Part shown: positions 1 to 12,621 of the stretch, in pieces
How the letters are laid out: the number at the start of each line of letters is the position of its first letter
Position numbering within the stretch: the first letter of the stretch is position 1
Assembly (NCBI GenBank): GCA_025558095.1
Contig: JAIVFI010000019.1
Span: 558,001-622,000 of the forward strand
Direction of reading: 5' to 3'
Origin: Hyaloraphidium curvatum SAG 235-1
Taxonomy: Eukaryota; Fungi; Monoblepharomycota
Length of the DNA: 64,000 nt
Notes under the pieces: model-generated
Databases searched by the model: none
The model's input: the letters and a program-made list of their open reading frames with translations, nothing else
Told to the model about the DNA's origin: nothing
Translations under genes and position numbers: made by a program

Positions 1-2098
1 TTCCACCATGATGCCGCAAAACGGACACTTCTGATCAGGGGTGACGGTTAGTCCCATGCGGGGCTCTCGCTGGATGAATGCCCACCTTCCAGCCCTCGCG
101 ATCGGCGATGGCATTGAATGCAGCATCGGGCTCCGCGGGATTGAAGGCAACGGGCTCGATGGGACCCGCCTGAGGAAGCCTCCGCTCAGCGATCCGATCG
201 AGCATACGCTGACGGCGGATCCCGTCCCGAGCTAGCCGCTGTTGAACGTCTAGGAGCTGCATTTCCAGCCGCGCCATCTCCACGTTGAGGTCTTCCAGAC
301 GCCTGTCCGTTGGCTCCATCTCTTGCCAGAGGTTTGCAAGTTCCATTTGGTGCTCGACAAGAACCGGCCGGCGCGAATCCTGGAAGGGCTCCTCTTGCTG
401 CAGCCGTTCGATACGCCGGGCGAGCTCCTCTCGCTCGCGGCGCGCTTCGCGTATCGTGCGAAACAGTTCGTCCCGCCCGATCTCCTCCCGCATGCGCCTG
501 ATCCTGTCCTCCTCGCGCCGCCGCACCTCCTCTTCCCCGCGCCTGCGCTCTTCCTCGTTTTGCCAGCGCTGCAATTCATCCTCGGTCTCGGCACGCTCGC
601 CGCGCGAGAGCTGAGCGAGCATGTCCCTCACGCGCTGGAAGTCGCGAGCGATATCGCGGTCGCCAGGCACGCTGTTCTGCAGGGCTTGCAGAGCCTGCGC
701 GGTCTCACGAATCGCACGAGTACGGGCCGCAGGAGCCGAATGCACCCGAACGAGTCGGTTGTAGGCAGACAGGTCCTGGAAGTGAGGGAAGGCCACGAGG
801 AGCGGATTCACAGGTCGCTGGTCGAGCTGGGCCGTGGCCGCAGCAGGTGATACGTCACGAGAATCACCGTTCGCGTCGGCGGCCCGTTGGGGAGCAAGCA
901 AAGAGCTTCCAGAGATCACGTCCCACCAGCGCCAGGTGAGGAGGTAAGCGAGTCCGCGCAAAACGCGGCCGACGGCCTCACGGGCCGTTTTCGATCCTTT
1001 GCCCTTGCGTATCCTGTCGATCTCGGCTTCGACCTGCTCCCGAAGCCTAGCAAAGGCATCGAGCTCGGGGCCAAGGACGTCGTTCGGGGTCGCCTGATCC
1101 GTGGTGGCGTCCTCGATCTCCGATGCCGACTCTTCTGACAAATGCTCGTACGCGTCGAGGAAGCCGAGCGACGTCGACACAACTCGATCGAAGGAGCGGA
1201 GCGCGAGCTGCGCCGAATCCTCGGTCTCTTCCCCAGGAGCAGCAAAAGCGGCAAGGAGAGTGCGCATGAGGCCGATGTTGACGCCGACGTGGTCGGCCAG
1301 AATGGTGCGAAGGGCATTCAGACGGTGCTGAGGGAGCGAGCCTCCTCCGATGTACCGGAGAAGACCGGGGACGTCGCTTTCCTGCCCCTGCACGCCGGGT
1401 CCCATGGCGGCACCCAGCGTGCCGCCAAGCCTCAGCTCCGCCTCGAGGAGCTCGCGGGCGGCGTTCTGGTGGGCATGCTGCGCGCAGACCAGGCCCAGGT
1501 GGAACGGCCTCGCGTTGCACAAGACGCACCAAGAGCCGCACCTGTGGCAGGCACGGCCGGTGTCGGGAAGGGATATGGTCCACGAGTTGGGGCAGGTGGG
1601 GCAGCGGACGAGCCCGCTGCTCGCCCGCTGGGCTTCGACGAGGTTCTCGTAGGCATCGCGCTCGGAGCCCTGGTCGGACGCCTCGGAAGCAGGGCTGTCC
1701 TGGCCGGGTGCCCGCACGAGGAAAGGCAGCAGCTCCTCGTTCGTCAGTAGACCGTGCTTGGGGTCATTGGGGCGCTCGGCGGCGCACCCCGGGCAGCGGA
1801 TCTGCGGGCGGCGCTCGGCTGCGACGGTCTGCACGTGTTTAACCAGGCACCCTCCGCAGTAGCGGTGCTGCTCCGGCGAGCCCGAGCAGCTGTTGAACGC
1901 CTGGAAGTCATTGCGGAACGCGGTGCTTCCGCAGAGGTCGCAGGCCCGCTCTTCGACGAAGGCATCTTCAAAGAGGTCGTCTGAAAGGTCCATGTCCGGG
2001 TCGTCGGCGTCGGCGAGCTCGCTGTCGGAGCCCGCGAAGTCGTCTTGGTCGTCGTCGTCGGCGGCGTCGGCGACATCGAGGTCGTGCTCGGTGACCAT
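1..2098 (-). CDS. RBR (RING1-IBR-RING2) E3 ubiquitin ligase-like protein, 3' end runs off the window
   Basis: Acidic N-terminus; RING1 CDLC..C..HRYCGGC..CPGC; IBR CPTC..CHRC..CVLC..H..C. Intron 31..85 (GTGGGC..CTAAC..CAG) joins GWK to KCPFCGIMVE, the start of RING2. Confidence 0.8.
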
Positions 2099-2189
2099 GC
2101 TTGCGGTTAGGGGTGATTTGCTTTGGAGTTGTCCGAGTGGAGACGCGTCTCAACTGCGTTGAGAGTCAGTCACTTCGCTCGGTCCCTTC

Positions 2190-2226
2190 GCTCCCAGAAA
2201 CCAATCGAGCTCCCAGAAACCAATCA
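2190..2226. promoter_or_regulatory. Direct repeat GCTCCCAGAAACCAATC x2 containing CCAAT boxes, upstream of the RBR gene
   Basis: Two copies 19 bp apart; a third partial copy GAAACCAATC lies near 2367. Confidence 0.4.
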
Positions 2227-2815
2227 GCAATGGCACTCTACCGAAGAACAGCTTTCCCGCCAGAAAGCACGTATCGTACTAGCAGCGAGCCAAATTCAGT
2301 GGATGGACAAGGTCATCAAGCCGGACAGAAGATTTCTGAAGATAGATGCGATGAGCCGCTCGCTGGGAAACCAATCACCTCGCACTGACCTTTCCTCAAC
2401 GACGATCAGCAGCGAGGCCTTTGCCGGTGTCCATTAATGCTCGATACGCCCTGCGACCTGACGATGAAACTGGAACTTGCCATGCCACATCCCATTAGAC
2501 GCTCCGATCTGCTAGCGCCAACATGATTCGCTGCTTGCGAAGTTGGGTCGCGCACAACGGGGAGGCATCGTCGGGTTCACCTTCCGTATGCCTTCGAGAT
2601 CCGACTGTCATGGACAAGAGGACACGCCAAATCACCCATACCATAGCAGCTGCTTAAAGGTCAAATCAGGCAGCTAAATCGAGGTTGGTCCGGGACGACG
2701 AGGTCCCAGCACAACGCTTCGACGTTGGCACGATGACCGCGAGGCGAGAAAAAAAGCCGAAACGCGTCCTCCATGGATTGCTCCCAAGAAACATCGAAGT
2801 CTCCCCGTCCCGGGC

Positions 2816-3247
2816 TCAAAGCTTCTCCTTCGGCTTTCGCTCCTTCGCCGGCCGCGTCCACTCGTCCACGACCCGCTGGTCGTAGTACTCCTCCAGCCTC
2901 GTTATCGTCGCCCCGTCCTTGCTGACCTCGCACACCAGCACCGCCGGCAGCTCCATCTTCCTTCCCCCGTGGGTGGTCGCCACGAGCACGTGCTGGTGTA
3001 CGAACCCCTTCGCGCCGTCCGGGCCGTCAAACACGCGGACCTTGCGGTCCCGGTACTCGCGCTTCGCGGTGCCGGCGATGAGCCCCTTGAGCGTCGACAG
3101 GTTCTCGGTGGGGGTCTGCACGATGAGGTCCGTGTTGTGCCAGATGCCGGCCGCGGGCGCGTAGCACCGCAGGACGGCGTCGGGGTCGCCGCGCTCGATC
3201 GAGTCGATGAAGCGGCGCGCGAGGTCGCGGATCGCCTGGACGCTCAT
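2816..3247 (-). CDS. SnoaL/NTF2-like (ketosteroid isomerase-like) protein, intronless, bacterial type
   Basis: MSVQAIRDLARRFIDSIERGD..YAP..IWHNTD..FVHQHVL..ITRLEEYYD is a typical SnoaL-like pattern; 143 aa. Confidence 0.8.
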   Translation of the reverse strand: MSVQAIRDLARRFIDSIERGDPDAVLRCYAPAAGIWHNTDLIVQTPTENLSTLKGLIAGTAKREYRDRKVRVFDGPDGAKGFVHQHVLVATTHGGRKMELPAVLVCEVSKDGATITRLEEYYDQRVVDEWTRPAKERKPKEKL

Positions 3248-3902
3248 TCCGCCGCGTTCGCGTTCGGGTCCCGTTCGCGTTCGACGATGTAGATGCCCCG
3301 CTTCGCGGCTTTTGGGGCAGCTTTGGGATGGTGCCTGGTGGTGCCGCGGGAGACACTCGCGGGCGACGCGTTGACCAAACTCCATCTGTCCGATTCCATC
3401 AAATCAATCCAAGAACACCAAGCCTTTAATAAAAGCAAGACCAAAGCCCTTCCACGATGGCCTCACGGGACTGTTTCTAGGTGGTCGATCGCCACGGACG
3501 AACTAGAGCTGCTCCGGGATCGTTCGGGCGCGTTCCGCCCAACCGGTTCGAGACCCCGGGGCTTCACGTTGGCATTTAGTCCCGAAATTTTGAATTTGGC
3601 CGGGTTCCATCCTCGACCGGGGCTTCAAGCAAGAGTTGATCGAAGCACAAGGGGGCAAGCTGTGTCGAATCGTCGGAGCATCCCCGTCCGCACCGAATCC
3701 CGCCCCGCTGCCATCGAAAGCACGATCCAAAGCTCTCATCTGCAGCTTCCGTACCGCCGCGGATCCCCAAGACCGGCTGTTTGCCCCCTGCGGACCGATC
3801 GCCCGATCCCCCCGCACGTGGGCCCTCCAGCCCATTCCCCGCCCAACAGCAAAACACCGTGCAAGCTCCGGCCTTCACCCTCCCCGGAACCGCACCGCAG
3901 CG

Positions 3903-4924
3903 ATGGCCCAACCCCTCCTCGCTACCGCCCCGCCCCCGACGAATCCCGTGACGGTGTCCCCGGTGGAGCCGTACTTCCTCTCGGCCCTGTGCTTCTGCAT
4001 CGGCGCGCTGTTCTCGCCCATGGGCGTGGACCTCCCCGCGGCGCGGACGACGTGGGAGAGGCTCAAGGGCGACGACGCGCTGCTTTCGCGGGCGGTGATA
4101 TACTACCATGCGGGGGGGTACGCCCCGTCGTGGCACGGGTACGTGCTGCAGGCGGTGGGCGTCGCGGCGATGCTGCTGCTCGCGGCGGACGCGTTCGTGT
4201 ACAAGGCCGGGTTCAGGACGGTGGCGGACATCCTGAGCATCGTGGGGCTGGGGGCCGCGGGGAAGCAGTACTACGATTAGTGGGTCGCCGGACCGCCCGT
4301 CCCCGGAGCAGAGGTGCTGAAGACCGCCCGCACCCGTTCAGCGTGGCGCCGGCGCTCAACACCATGTACGACCCCTCCTCGCTCGCCTTTGCCCGCGATC
4401 CGTCGAGCGCGCTCGTGGCGGAGGAGCGCGAGGGGGTGGCCGAGGCGGTGATGATGGCCGCCGTGGGCCACACGGCGATGCTCGGGTGCCTGCTGATGGT
4501 GCTTTGCGTGCGGATCTACACGCTGGCGGGGGGGCGGATGTTCGTCAACTGGGAGCTCAAGAGGCTGCAGGCGCGGTACGACCGCGCGATGGGGAACTGG
4601 ACGCCGCCCAACGAGATCGAGGCTCTCAGGGAGGAGCTGAGGCGGGAGGCGCTGCAGGGGGACACGATGGTGGTCAGGCCCCGGGATCTCAAGACGGGGA
4701 AGCTGTTCACGGACGAGGAGATTTTGGAGGGGAGGGCGGGGAACAAGGCGCAGGGGGACATGAAGGCCGTGCTCGAGAGGCAGAAGAAGAAGGAGGGCGC
4801 GGGCGAGAAGGAGGAGAGCGCGGCGAATGGGGCGGCTGCGGAAGGGGCGCAGGAGGCGGATGGGACCGATGCGGCGGCCGATCCTGCGGGTGCGGAGGGG
4901 ACCCGTCGCCGGCGGCGCAATTGA
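3903..4924 (+). CDS. Four-TM ER membrane protein, Shr3-like amino-acid-permease chaperone
   Basis: Intron 4280..4341 joins two ORFs. Four hydrophobic segments (CFCIGALF; YY..APSW..YVLQAV; DILSIV; GHTAMLGCLLMVL) and a charged C-tail, as in Shr3. Confidence 0.55.
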
Positions 4925-5638
4925 GGGCTAAAATGAAGAACAAAAGGGGAGCGGGACATCATCGTTGACGACGTAGGCTTGAAGTGATTGCATCCCGCAT
5001 GTCTGCCGTGGCATATTGCTTTCTGCTTGCTTGCCATCTGGGGGGGTGCGGGAGGTGCCGGGATTGGCGGCCGCACGTTGGAGTCGCGGCCCGACCGATC
5101 CCAAAATGGCCGGAAACGATGGATACGCTTCCGCTCTGTAAACTAGCCGGCAGGATACGGTCGCATCCGCCGATGCCGGTCAAATGCGAGTGGGGCTCGC
5201 TGATCTTCGCGAGATCGCCGCACATCAGGGCGGCCGCGCCTCACGGGCAAACGGGTTGTGCCAAGCTCGCCGCCCCCCACGTCCAGGACCCGCCGGACGC
5301 CCTCGGTTCCGAGCGGACCGCGGCCGCACCCACCGGTGAGCACTCCGCCCGTGTGTGGCGGCGGATGGGCGCGCGGCGGCCGGGGCATCGCCGCTGCACG
5401 CGCCGTCCCCCAGGCGCCGCCGCGCGCCCGCGGAGCCGCCCTCGCGCCCCGCCGGCCGCCCGCCGTCTCAGCAGACGCCTTGGGCACCGCCGCGGGGGGC
5501 CGGGGCCGCGGGGTTGCCGCCCGAGTGCCGCCACTGACGCCCTCCCCAGGCCCGCGCACCATGCCCGCCGCCTGACGCCCCGGACCGCCCCCGCACTTCG
5601 CACCTCCGGGACATCACGGGGACGCCGCTGAGACGGAA

Positions 5639-8600
5639 ATGGCGGACAACAACCTGCTGGCGAGCATGTCGCTGGCGCAGCAGCAGGCGCGCATGGCGCA
5701 GCGCGGCGGCCAGCCCGGCCAGATGCTGGCCTCGCCGGCCCAGCAGCTGCTGCAGATCATCGCGCAGCAGCGCCCGGAGATCCTGCCGCAGATGCAGGCG
5801 CAGCTGGTCAACATGACTGAGGAGCAGCGCGAGGGCCTCCTGGCTCAGGTGCTGCAGGGCCGCCGCGCGCAGCAGCAGCAGCAGCAACAACAACAACAGG
5901 GCAGGCAGCAGCAGCAGGGCATGTCGGCCGCCGCGCTGGCTGTCGCCCAGACACAGGCCGCGCTCGCCCAGCGGCCGGCACAGGGCGGGGCGCAGCTCGC
6001 CCAGGGCCAGCAGGCCGCGATGCCGCAGTACATGCTCGGACCCAACGGTCACCTGCTGCCCGTGACGGCAGGCAACCTCGTGGCGCTGCAGGGCGGGCAG
6101 GCGACGCTGCTGGGCAACGCCGCGGCGGCCGGGAAGCCGAACATGCAGGCCTCGCTGCAGCAGCACCAGCTCGCGCTGGCCGCCATAAAGCAGCAGGCAC
6201 AACAGCAGCAGCAGCAGGCCGCCCAGCAGGCCGCCGCGCAGCAGGCCGCGCAGCAGCTCCAACAGCAGCAGCAGCACCAACAGCAGCAGCAGGCGGCCGC
6301 GCAGGCCAAGCAGGAGGCCATGAGCCGGCAGCACCAGCAGAGCAACCTGTTCATCGCCCAGAGCCGGCAGATGCAGCAGAACCAGCTGCAGGCCGCCCGC
6401 ATGGGCGGCGGCACCGCCCCCGCGACCCCCCCGACGCAGTCCGCCGAGATCCCCACCGACCTGCGCATGCTCATGAACCTGACCCAGAGCCTCCAGAACA
6501 AGATCTCCACTGGCAACTTCGGCCCGGGCGAAACCGCCGCCACCGTGACCCAGCAGCTCAACGCCGCGCGCAACCGCATCATGGGCGTCATGAACCAGGC
6601 TGGCATGCTCACGCAGGCCCCGCAGCAGGCCGCGCAGGCGCAGGCGCAGCAGGCCGCCCTGCCCGGCTCGCCTGTCCCGGCCAACTGGGTGCAGCAGCAG
6701 CAGCCGTCGATGCTCCAGGCCGCGGGGCTGCAGACGGCGCTGCAGCAGGCCCAGGCAAAGGGGCCGCCGAGGGGGGCGCAGGGGATCCAGCAGGCGTTTG
6801 CGCAGATGGCGCGGCACCAGCAGCAGCAGGGGGAGGGCTCGCCCCCCGCGGCGCAGCAGGAGGAGGCGGCGCATTCGCCGCCCGCGAAACCGGAGACGAG
6901 GACGAGCGGGAGGAGGAGGAGGGGGAAGGAGGAGGCGCAGCAGCAGGCCGCCCCGCAGCCGCAGCCCGCGCCGGCGCCGGCGCCGCCCGCGCAGACCCCG
7001 ATGCAGCAGGGCTACCCGTCGCCGTCGGCGTCGGTCGACCTGCTGAGCCCGGGGACGCCCGCGATCCGCAGCATGGCGGTGCAGGAGCCCGTGCCGCCGG
7101 CCGAGAGCAAGAGCAAGGTGCAGATGGTGGGTTCCGCATCCTTTCTTTTGCGATCTGTGCTCATGCGCGTGGCCGCAGGTGCTCGAGATCAACGCGCAGC
7201 TGATCCGGGAGATGAACGAGTACCAGCTCCGGGGATGGCCGGAGGACGAGACGTTCAGACGATACCGGGACCGGCTGACGGAGAACATGACGTACCTGAC
7301 GAGGACGGCGGACTACCAAGTCAAGCCGGATCCGGTGCGTTCGATCGCGGAGCGTATGCGTAGCTTTTCGCTGACGCCGTCCATCGTGCGACGCACAGAA
7401 CTACGAGTACCCCACGCCCCCTCCGACGCCGGACCTGAGCCCCGTCAAACCGGCCCGGGATCCCAACGGCGGCGAGCCCGAGCCGCGGCCGGCCGAGCAG
7501 GAGGAGGTCCGGATCAAGCAGGAGCCCGGCACCGCCAACCCGCTCAAGCGGCCGCACGCGGCGATGGAGGAGCAGCCCCGCGAGACGCCCGAGGCCGAGG
7601 CCCTGCGGAGGTCCATGTCGCTCACCCCGCACGCGGCTGCGGCGGCGGCCGCGGCGGTGGCTGCTGCTGCGGCGCGCGCGGAGCAGGCCCAGCAGCAGCT
7701 CGTCGCTCAGCACCAGCTCGCCGCGCAGCAGCAGCAGGCCGCGCAGGCGGACGCCGAGCCGGCGCCGCTCGCCATGGACTTTGCCCGCCCTCCCCCGCGC
7801 GCGCCGCCAGAGGGATCCAACACCCCCGGCGGGCGCAGCGCGCAGTCGTACCACGCCGCCGACTCGCCGACCTCGAGCTACTCCATCACTTCCCCCTCTG
7901 CGTCGGCGTTTGGCGACGTCGCGCGGCCGAGCCCGCTGGCAGGCGCGTCGCCCAACATGAACAACCCGCTGCCCAGGCCGAGGCAGACGGCCGCGGCGAT
8001 CGCGCTCGCGCTGCAGGCCGCGACGTCCAAGGCGCCCCCGCAGCAGCAGCAGCAACCCCAGCAGCAGCAACAACAAGCACAGCAGGCCCAGCAGGCCCAA
8101 CAAGCCCAGCACGCCCAGCAGCAGCCCAAACCGCCGCCCGTCCAGACGGCATCGGGCATGCTCGCGGCCCTGAGCGCCGCGCAGCAGGGCAGCCCCAACG
8201 TCGGCGCGGCCTCTGCGCTCAGCCAGGTCCTCGCCGCGCGCCTGCCGCAGGCGTCGCAGGCCCAGCTCGCCATGCAGGGCAACGGCAGCCCGCTGACGGC
8301 CGGCAGCCCCGCCAACGTGGCACAGCAGATGCTCTTTGGTTTCGGGGCGGGGCAGGCGCCGCAGCCCACCGCGGCGGCCGTCGAGCGGCAGCAGTCTTTG
8401 GGGCAGATGTTTGCGCAGCAGCAGGAGGGGCTCGCGGCGCTCACCGGCTCGGGGCTGGCGGGCGTGCAGTTCCAGATGGAGCAGCGCCTCATGGACCAGC
8501 AGCAGGCGGCGCAGAACCAGCAGCGCGCCCTCCAGCTCCAGATGCTCCAGCAGCAACAGCAGCAACAACAACAGCAGCAGCAGGCCCACGCTGCCCAGCA

Positions 8601-9072
8601 GCTCCAGCACCAACAGCAGCAGCTCCAGGCGCAGCTGCAGTTCCAGTCGATCGTCGCCGCGCAGCACCAACAGCAGCAGGCGGCGGCCCCCCCGCAGCGG
8701 CCCGGACGCGTGCAGGAGCAGCCGCAGGAGCAGGGCACGGACGCGTTCCTGGTGAATTTCGACGACTTTATCGGCGACGGCGAGGATGAGGAAATCCCCT
8801 CGCGGCCGCGGGAGGATTCGTGGAAGCCCGGCGCGGACATGTCCATCAGCTTCGCGGACGCGAGCAGGCCCGCGCCCGCGGCGGTGCGGGCCGACTCGGG
8901 GCAGTCGGCGGGCGCCAAGGACCGCAACGAGAGCCTGTCGGCGATGGGGATGCAGTTTTCCACCGACTTTTTCGACCAGAGCCTGTCGATGGAGCTCGGG
9001 ATGGACCCCGGCGGGGACGACGCGGCGCCGCTGCTGGATCTGATTGACGAGGACGGGGAGCAGTGGAACTGA
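5639..9072 (+). CDS. Glutamine-rich transcriptional coactivator with SSXT (SS18/GIF) domain, ~1105 aa
   Basis: Introns 7127..7178 and 7335..7398. The spliced segment VQMVLEINAQLIREMNEYQ..YRDRLTENMTYLTRTADY matches the SSXT pattern and is flanked by poly-Q tracts. Confidence 0.75.
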
Positions 9073-9893
9073 GTCTTTCTTTTGGTTGGTCCGGACCGAA
9101 AAGTGGTGCGCTCGGAACGGTGGTGGATTCGGCGGTGGTGGATGGGTTGCGGTAACGGGGCGGGGCGGGACCCGCGGCTTCTCCGAGGCTCTTGGTATGT
9201 TTCTCTATCTCTACCGGCCTTGGTCGGCGTGGAACGTGTAGTGGTTGATTCCGCAACGGAACTGTTTGGACAATGGGCAAAGGCCGCCAATCCGATTCCG
9301 GTTCCAACCTTTGCACGTCCGCACTTGCTTAAATGTTGAAGCACGGTCCGGGAACGCCGCTCGTGCTCGTTCAGCCCTTCCAGCGGTGGTGCTACAACAG
9401 TTCTGCTCGAGGCGTCGTTCTGACTTCGCTGCAGGGACCATGCGGACTATCCTCGCCCGCATACGCGAGGCATCCGGGCCCGGGTCGCGCACTGAGCTGG
9501 CGAGACCACCTGGTGGCTCACCGAGGCCAACGCCAAGGCCGCCCTGTCTGACCAGATGCACCGCCTCAGGGGTTACGCGCTCCAAATGTTTGGCACCCAG
9601 ATCGGGCTCGCGATCGTGCGGATGGGCTCGGGGGACGGGATCAGGAGGGCGCCTTCCCGACCAGGGAATGACCTGCAGCGGAACTGACGGGTCTTAATCG
9701 CGTCGCTTCGCGTTCCTTTTCGTGGAAAGTGGCATGTGACGCCCAAGGAGGGATCAGCCAAGCGGAAGCCACGAAAGTCAGTCAGTCAGATTATCGGCGG
9801 GCGCAGCACCTTTTCTCTTCCACCGCGCCCCGGACATCGCGGCGAGGCCAATCCCGGTAACTGGACGCGGTGCGGCGTGCGATTGCGGCCGGG

Positions 9894-12621
9894 ATGCCGG
9901 GCGAGACGCGGCGTCCTCTCTGGGGCGCCCGCAGCGCGCCACCGGGCCTCCACAGCCGAGCGCTCGCCGCTCTCTCCCTCCTCGTGCTCGGCTCCGCTTC
10001 ATGTGCCGCCCGACTTTGTATCGACGAACCGCCGATGGGAGAGGTCTTCTCGACCGGCGTCGACGCGAAGTGGGTGCTGGCCCGCCCGACCCCGCGCACG
10101 CCGCGCTGATCTCGCCCCCAAGCAACATGGCGCTGCCTTCGGGCGTCCTCGAGCGAAACTGGCGCGCATCGCCGGCCTTCCCCGGCGGCCCGACGGCCAA
10201 CACCACCATCGTCGGGTGGCGGAACCCGGCAAACGACACGGACCTCCCCCTCACGTGGAACCTCACGGCGGCGACGACCAACTACCTGGGCTGGCAGCTG
10301 CACTCGCGTTGGATATCGTACGGCGGCCTGCCGGTCGTGCAGAAGCCCGTGCCCGTCGGCCAGTACTTTTTTGACTCGAACTTCATCGACATGAGCGCTT
10401 GCGAAAACGCGCCGGGCGAGCCCATCAACTACGCGATAAACGGTGTGCACATCCATCCGCTGCAACGATGTTCTCGCTCCTCATGTGATCGATCAGGAAA
10501 CTTCGTTTCCGACGGGCCGGCGTCTCTTTGGCTCCACAACGGCACCTGGATGACGCCTATTGTGGGTTCGGGGAGCAGCGGTTGGAGCGACCCGACCTTC
10601 TTCACCATCCCAGGCATGCGCCCCGGCACGGCGGCGATTCTCATTTGAGCTTACGGTGCCGTCCTTTAGGGACCTATTTCTCCGGCGCCAGGGCGGGCGC
10701 GCGGTACTTCATCCGCGCGATCGTCAACAACACGGACAGCGACCAGCCTTCCCCCGTCGGCATCCGCTTCCAGTTCGACGGCTGGGCGAGGGTCAATCCC
10801 CTGGCAGCACCAGCATGGTGCGTCGCCCCGCCCGCACGCAGCCCCACCTCCCTGACCGACCCTGCCGCAGCATGCCCTTGTTCCCCGGCCGCTACATCAT
10901 CGTCCGCAGGAACACCACCTCGGGCCTGCTCCTCTGCAACAGGGCCAGCAACGACCACCTCAACAGCTCTCAGGCGCCCGTCGGCACCTGCAACGTCTAC
11001 GTCGACGGCTCGTGCCACGTCCCCGAAGATCCGCGCAGGTGGTCGCCCTGGAAACACTGGTGGGGCTACCCGTGCAACGGGACCGGCACGGACAGGGACG
11101 TGCCGCGGGGCTGGTGCGAGGCCGCGTGGGCGTTCATGGGTTCGCCGGACGCGCAGCCGCCCTTCCCGCCCGCGGTGCGCGCGGCGGTGCCGGAAACCGG
11201 AGGCGGAGGACCGCCGATCGCGGCGATTGTCGGAGGGGTGGTGGGCGGGCTGGCTGTGGTCGGCGGAGTCGTGGCCGCGGTGATCCTGCTGCGGCGGCGG
11301 GGCGCGAAAGCCAAGGACGCGGACGTGTCCGAGCGGGGCAGCGAGAACGACGGCAGCTGGGCCAAAGGGCAACCCAAGGAACTCGATTCAGGCGACCGCA
11401 AACTCGATCCCGCGGCGATCGGGAACGGGGAGTACAGCGTCCCTAGCAACGGCGACGATGCAGCCGTGCCCATTCGCCAGACGCCGGTGCCGGTCTACAG
11501 CAGCGGTTCTTTCGCCGCGTCGGAGAGCACTGCTAGGAACTACGCCGCCCCCGGCGATTCTGCCACTGCCGTGCCGAGCAACGGCACCAAGAGCTCCGCC
11601 GAAGCTCCGTCGTCCATGGCCACGCTGGCCATGGCCACCCTGCAGGAACCCGTGTCGGCCGGCCCCCTCGCCCCGCTGGAATCCAGCAGGCTGCTCATCG
11701 CCGAGGCCGACGTGTCGTACGACCGCGCCAAGGTCCTGGGGCAGGGTTCCTTCGCGGTCGTCTACGAAGGCACGCTGCTGGGTTCCACGAGGGTCGCGGT
11801 CAAGGTGCTGCGGAGCGCGCTGGTGGACAAGGCCACGTCGCGCGCGTTCGCGAGGGAGGTGGGGAACTGGGAAGGCCTGGCGCAGAGGAACAGTGGGTGC
11901 GCTCGTTGCTCCGTCTGTCCGGATTTGATGCTTCTATCCGCCGCAGTCCTCCCGCTCCTTGCGTTCTGCATTTCCCCGCCGATGCTCATCTCCGAGATCG
12001 CGGACGGCGGTAACCTGCGCCAGTACCTCGGCCGCCGATCGTGGGACCAGCCCCTCGGCCTCCGCCTCCTGGTCGATGTGGTCCGCGGCATGGCCTACCT
12101 CCACTCCAAGGGCATCCTCCACGGCGATCTCAAGTCCGTCAACGTGCTCGTCGACGGCTCCCGCGCGCTCGTGTGCGACTTTGGGCTGTCGAGGTTCCGC
12201 CACCCGGCCCTCGGAACGGCGACCGAGACGGCCGGCCCGGCGATGGGCACGGTAGGGTTCATGGCGCCGGAGATGTTCACGGGGGCGCCGCTGAGGGCGC
12301 CGGCGGACGTGTACGCGTTCGGCATGACCTGCTTCGAGGTGGTCAGCGGGGGGGGGATGCCGTTCGGGGAGGGGGTGAACGCCATGGCGGTACGTTCCTC
12401 TCGTGGGCCCGTTGTGCAGTGGATTCACGCCCGCTCGATGTGTCCAGGCAATGTACCAGGTCGTTTTCGAGAAGGCGAGGCCCGAGAGGCCCCAGGGCGT
12501 GCAGGACGGGATGTGGGCGCTGATGGAACGGTGCTGGAGGCACGAGGCGGGCGATCGGTCCACGTTCGTGGAAGTGACAAGCGAGCTGGAGGCGCTAGTT
12601 ATCCCTGGAAGCTCGGAATGA
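9894..12621 (+). CDS. Single-pass receptor-like protein kinase (TKL group)
   Basis: Signal-like ALAALSLLVLGSASCA; TM IAAIVGGVVGGLAVVGGVVAAVILL-RRR; kinase motifs GQGSFAVV, VAVK, HGDLKSVN, DFG, MAPE, DVYAFG. Introns 10070..10122, 10443..10496, 10614..10669, 10818..10870, 11893..11946, 12390..12447. Confidence 0.85.

Noticed and set aside
2101-2437. Short plus-strand ORFs upstream of the RBR gene
   Set aside because: No codon bias or motifs; contain promoter-like CCAAT repeats.
5468-9344. Long minus-strand ORFs rich in Leu/Cys runs
   Set aside because: Antisense shadows of CAG-rich poly-Q codons.
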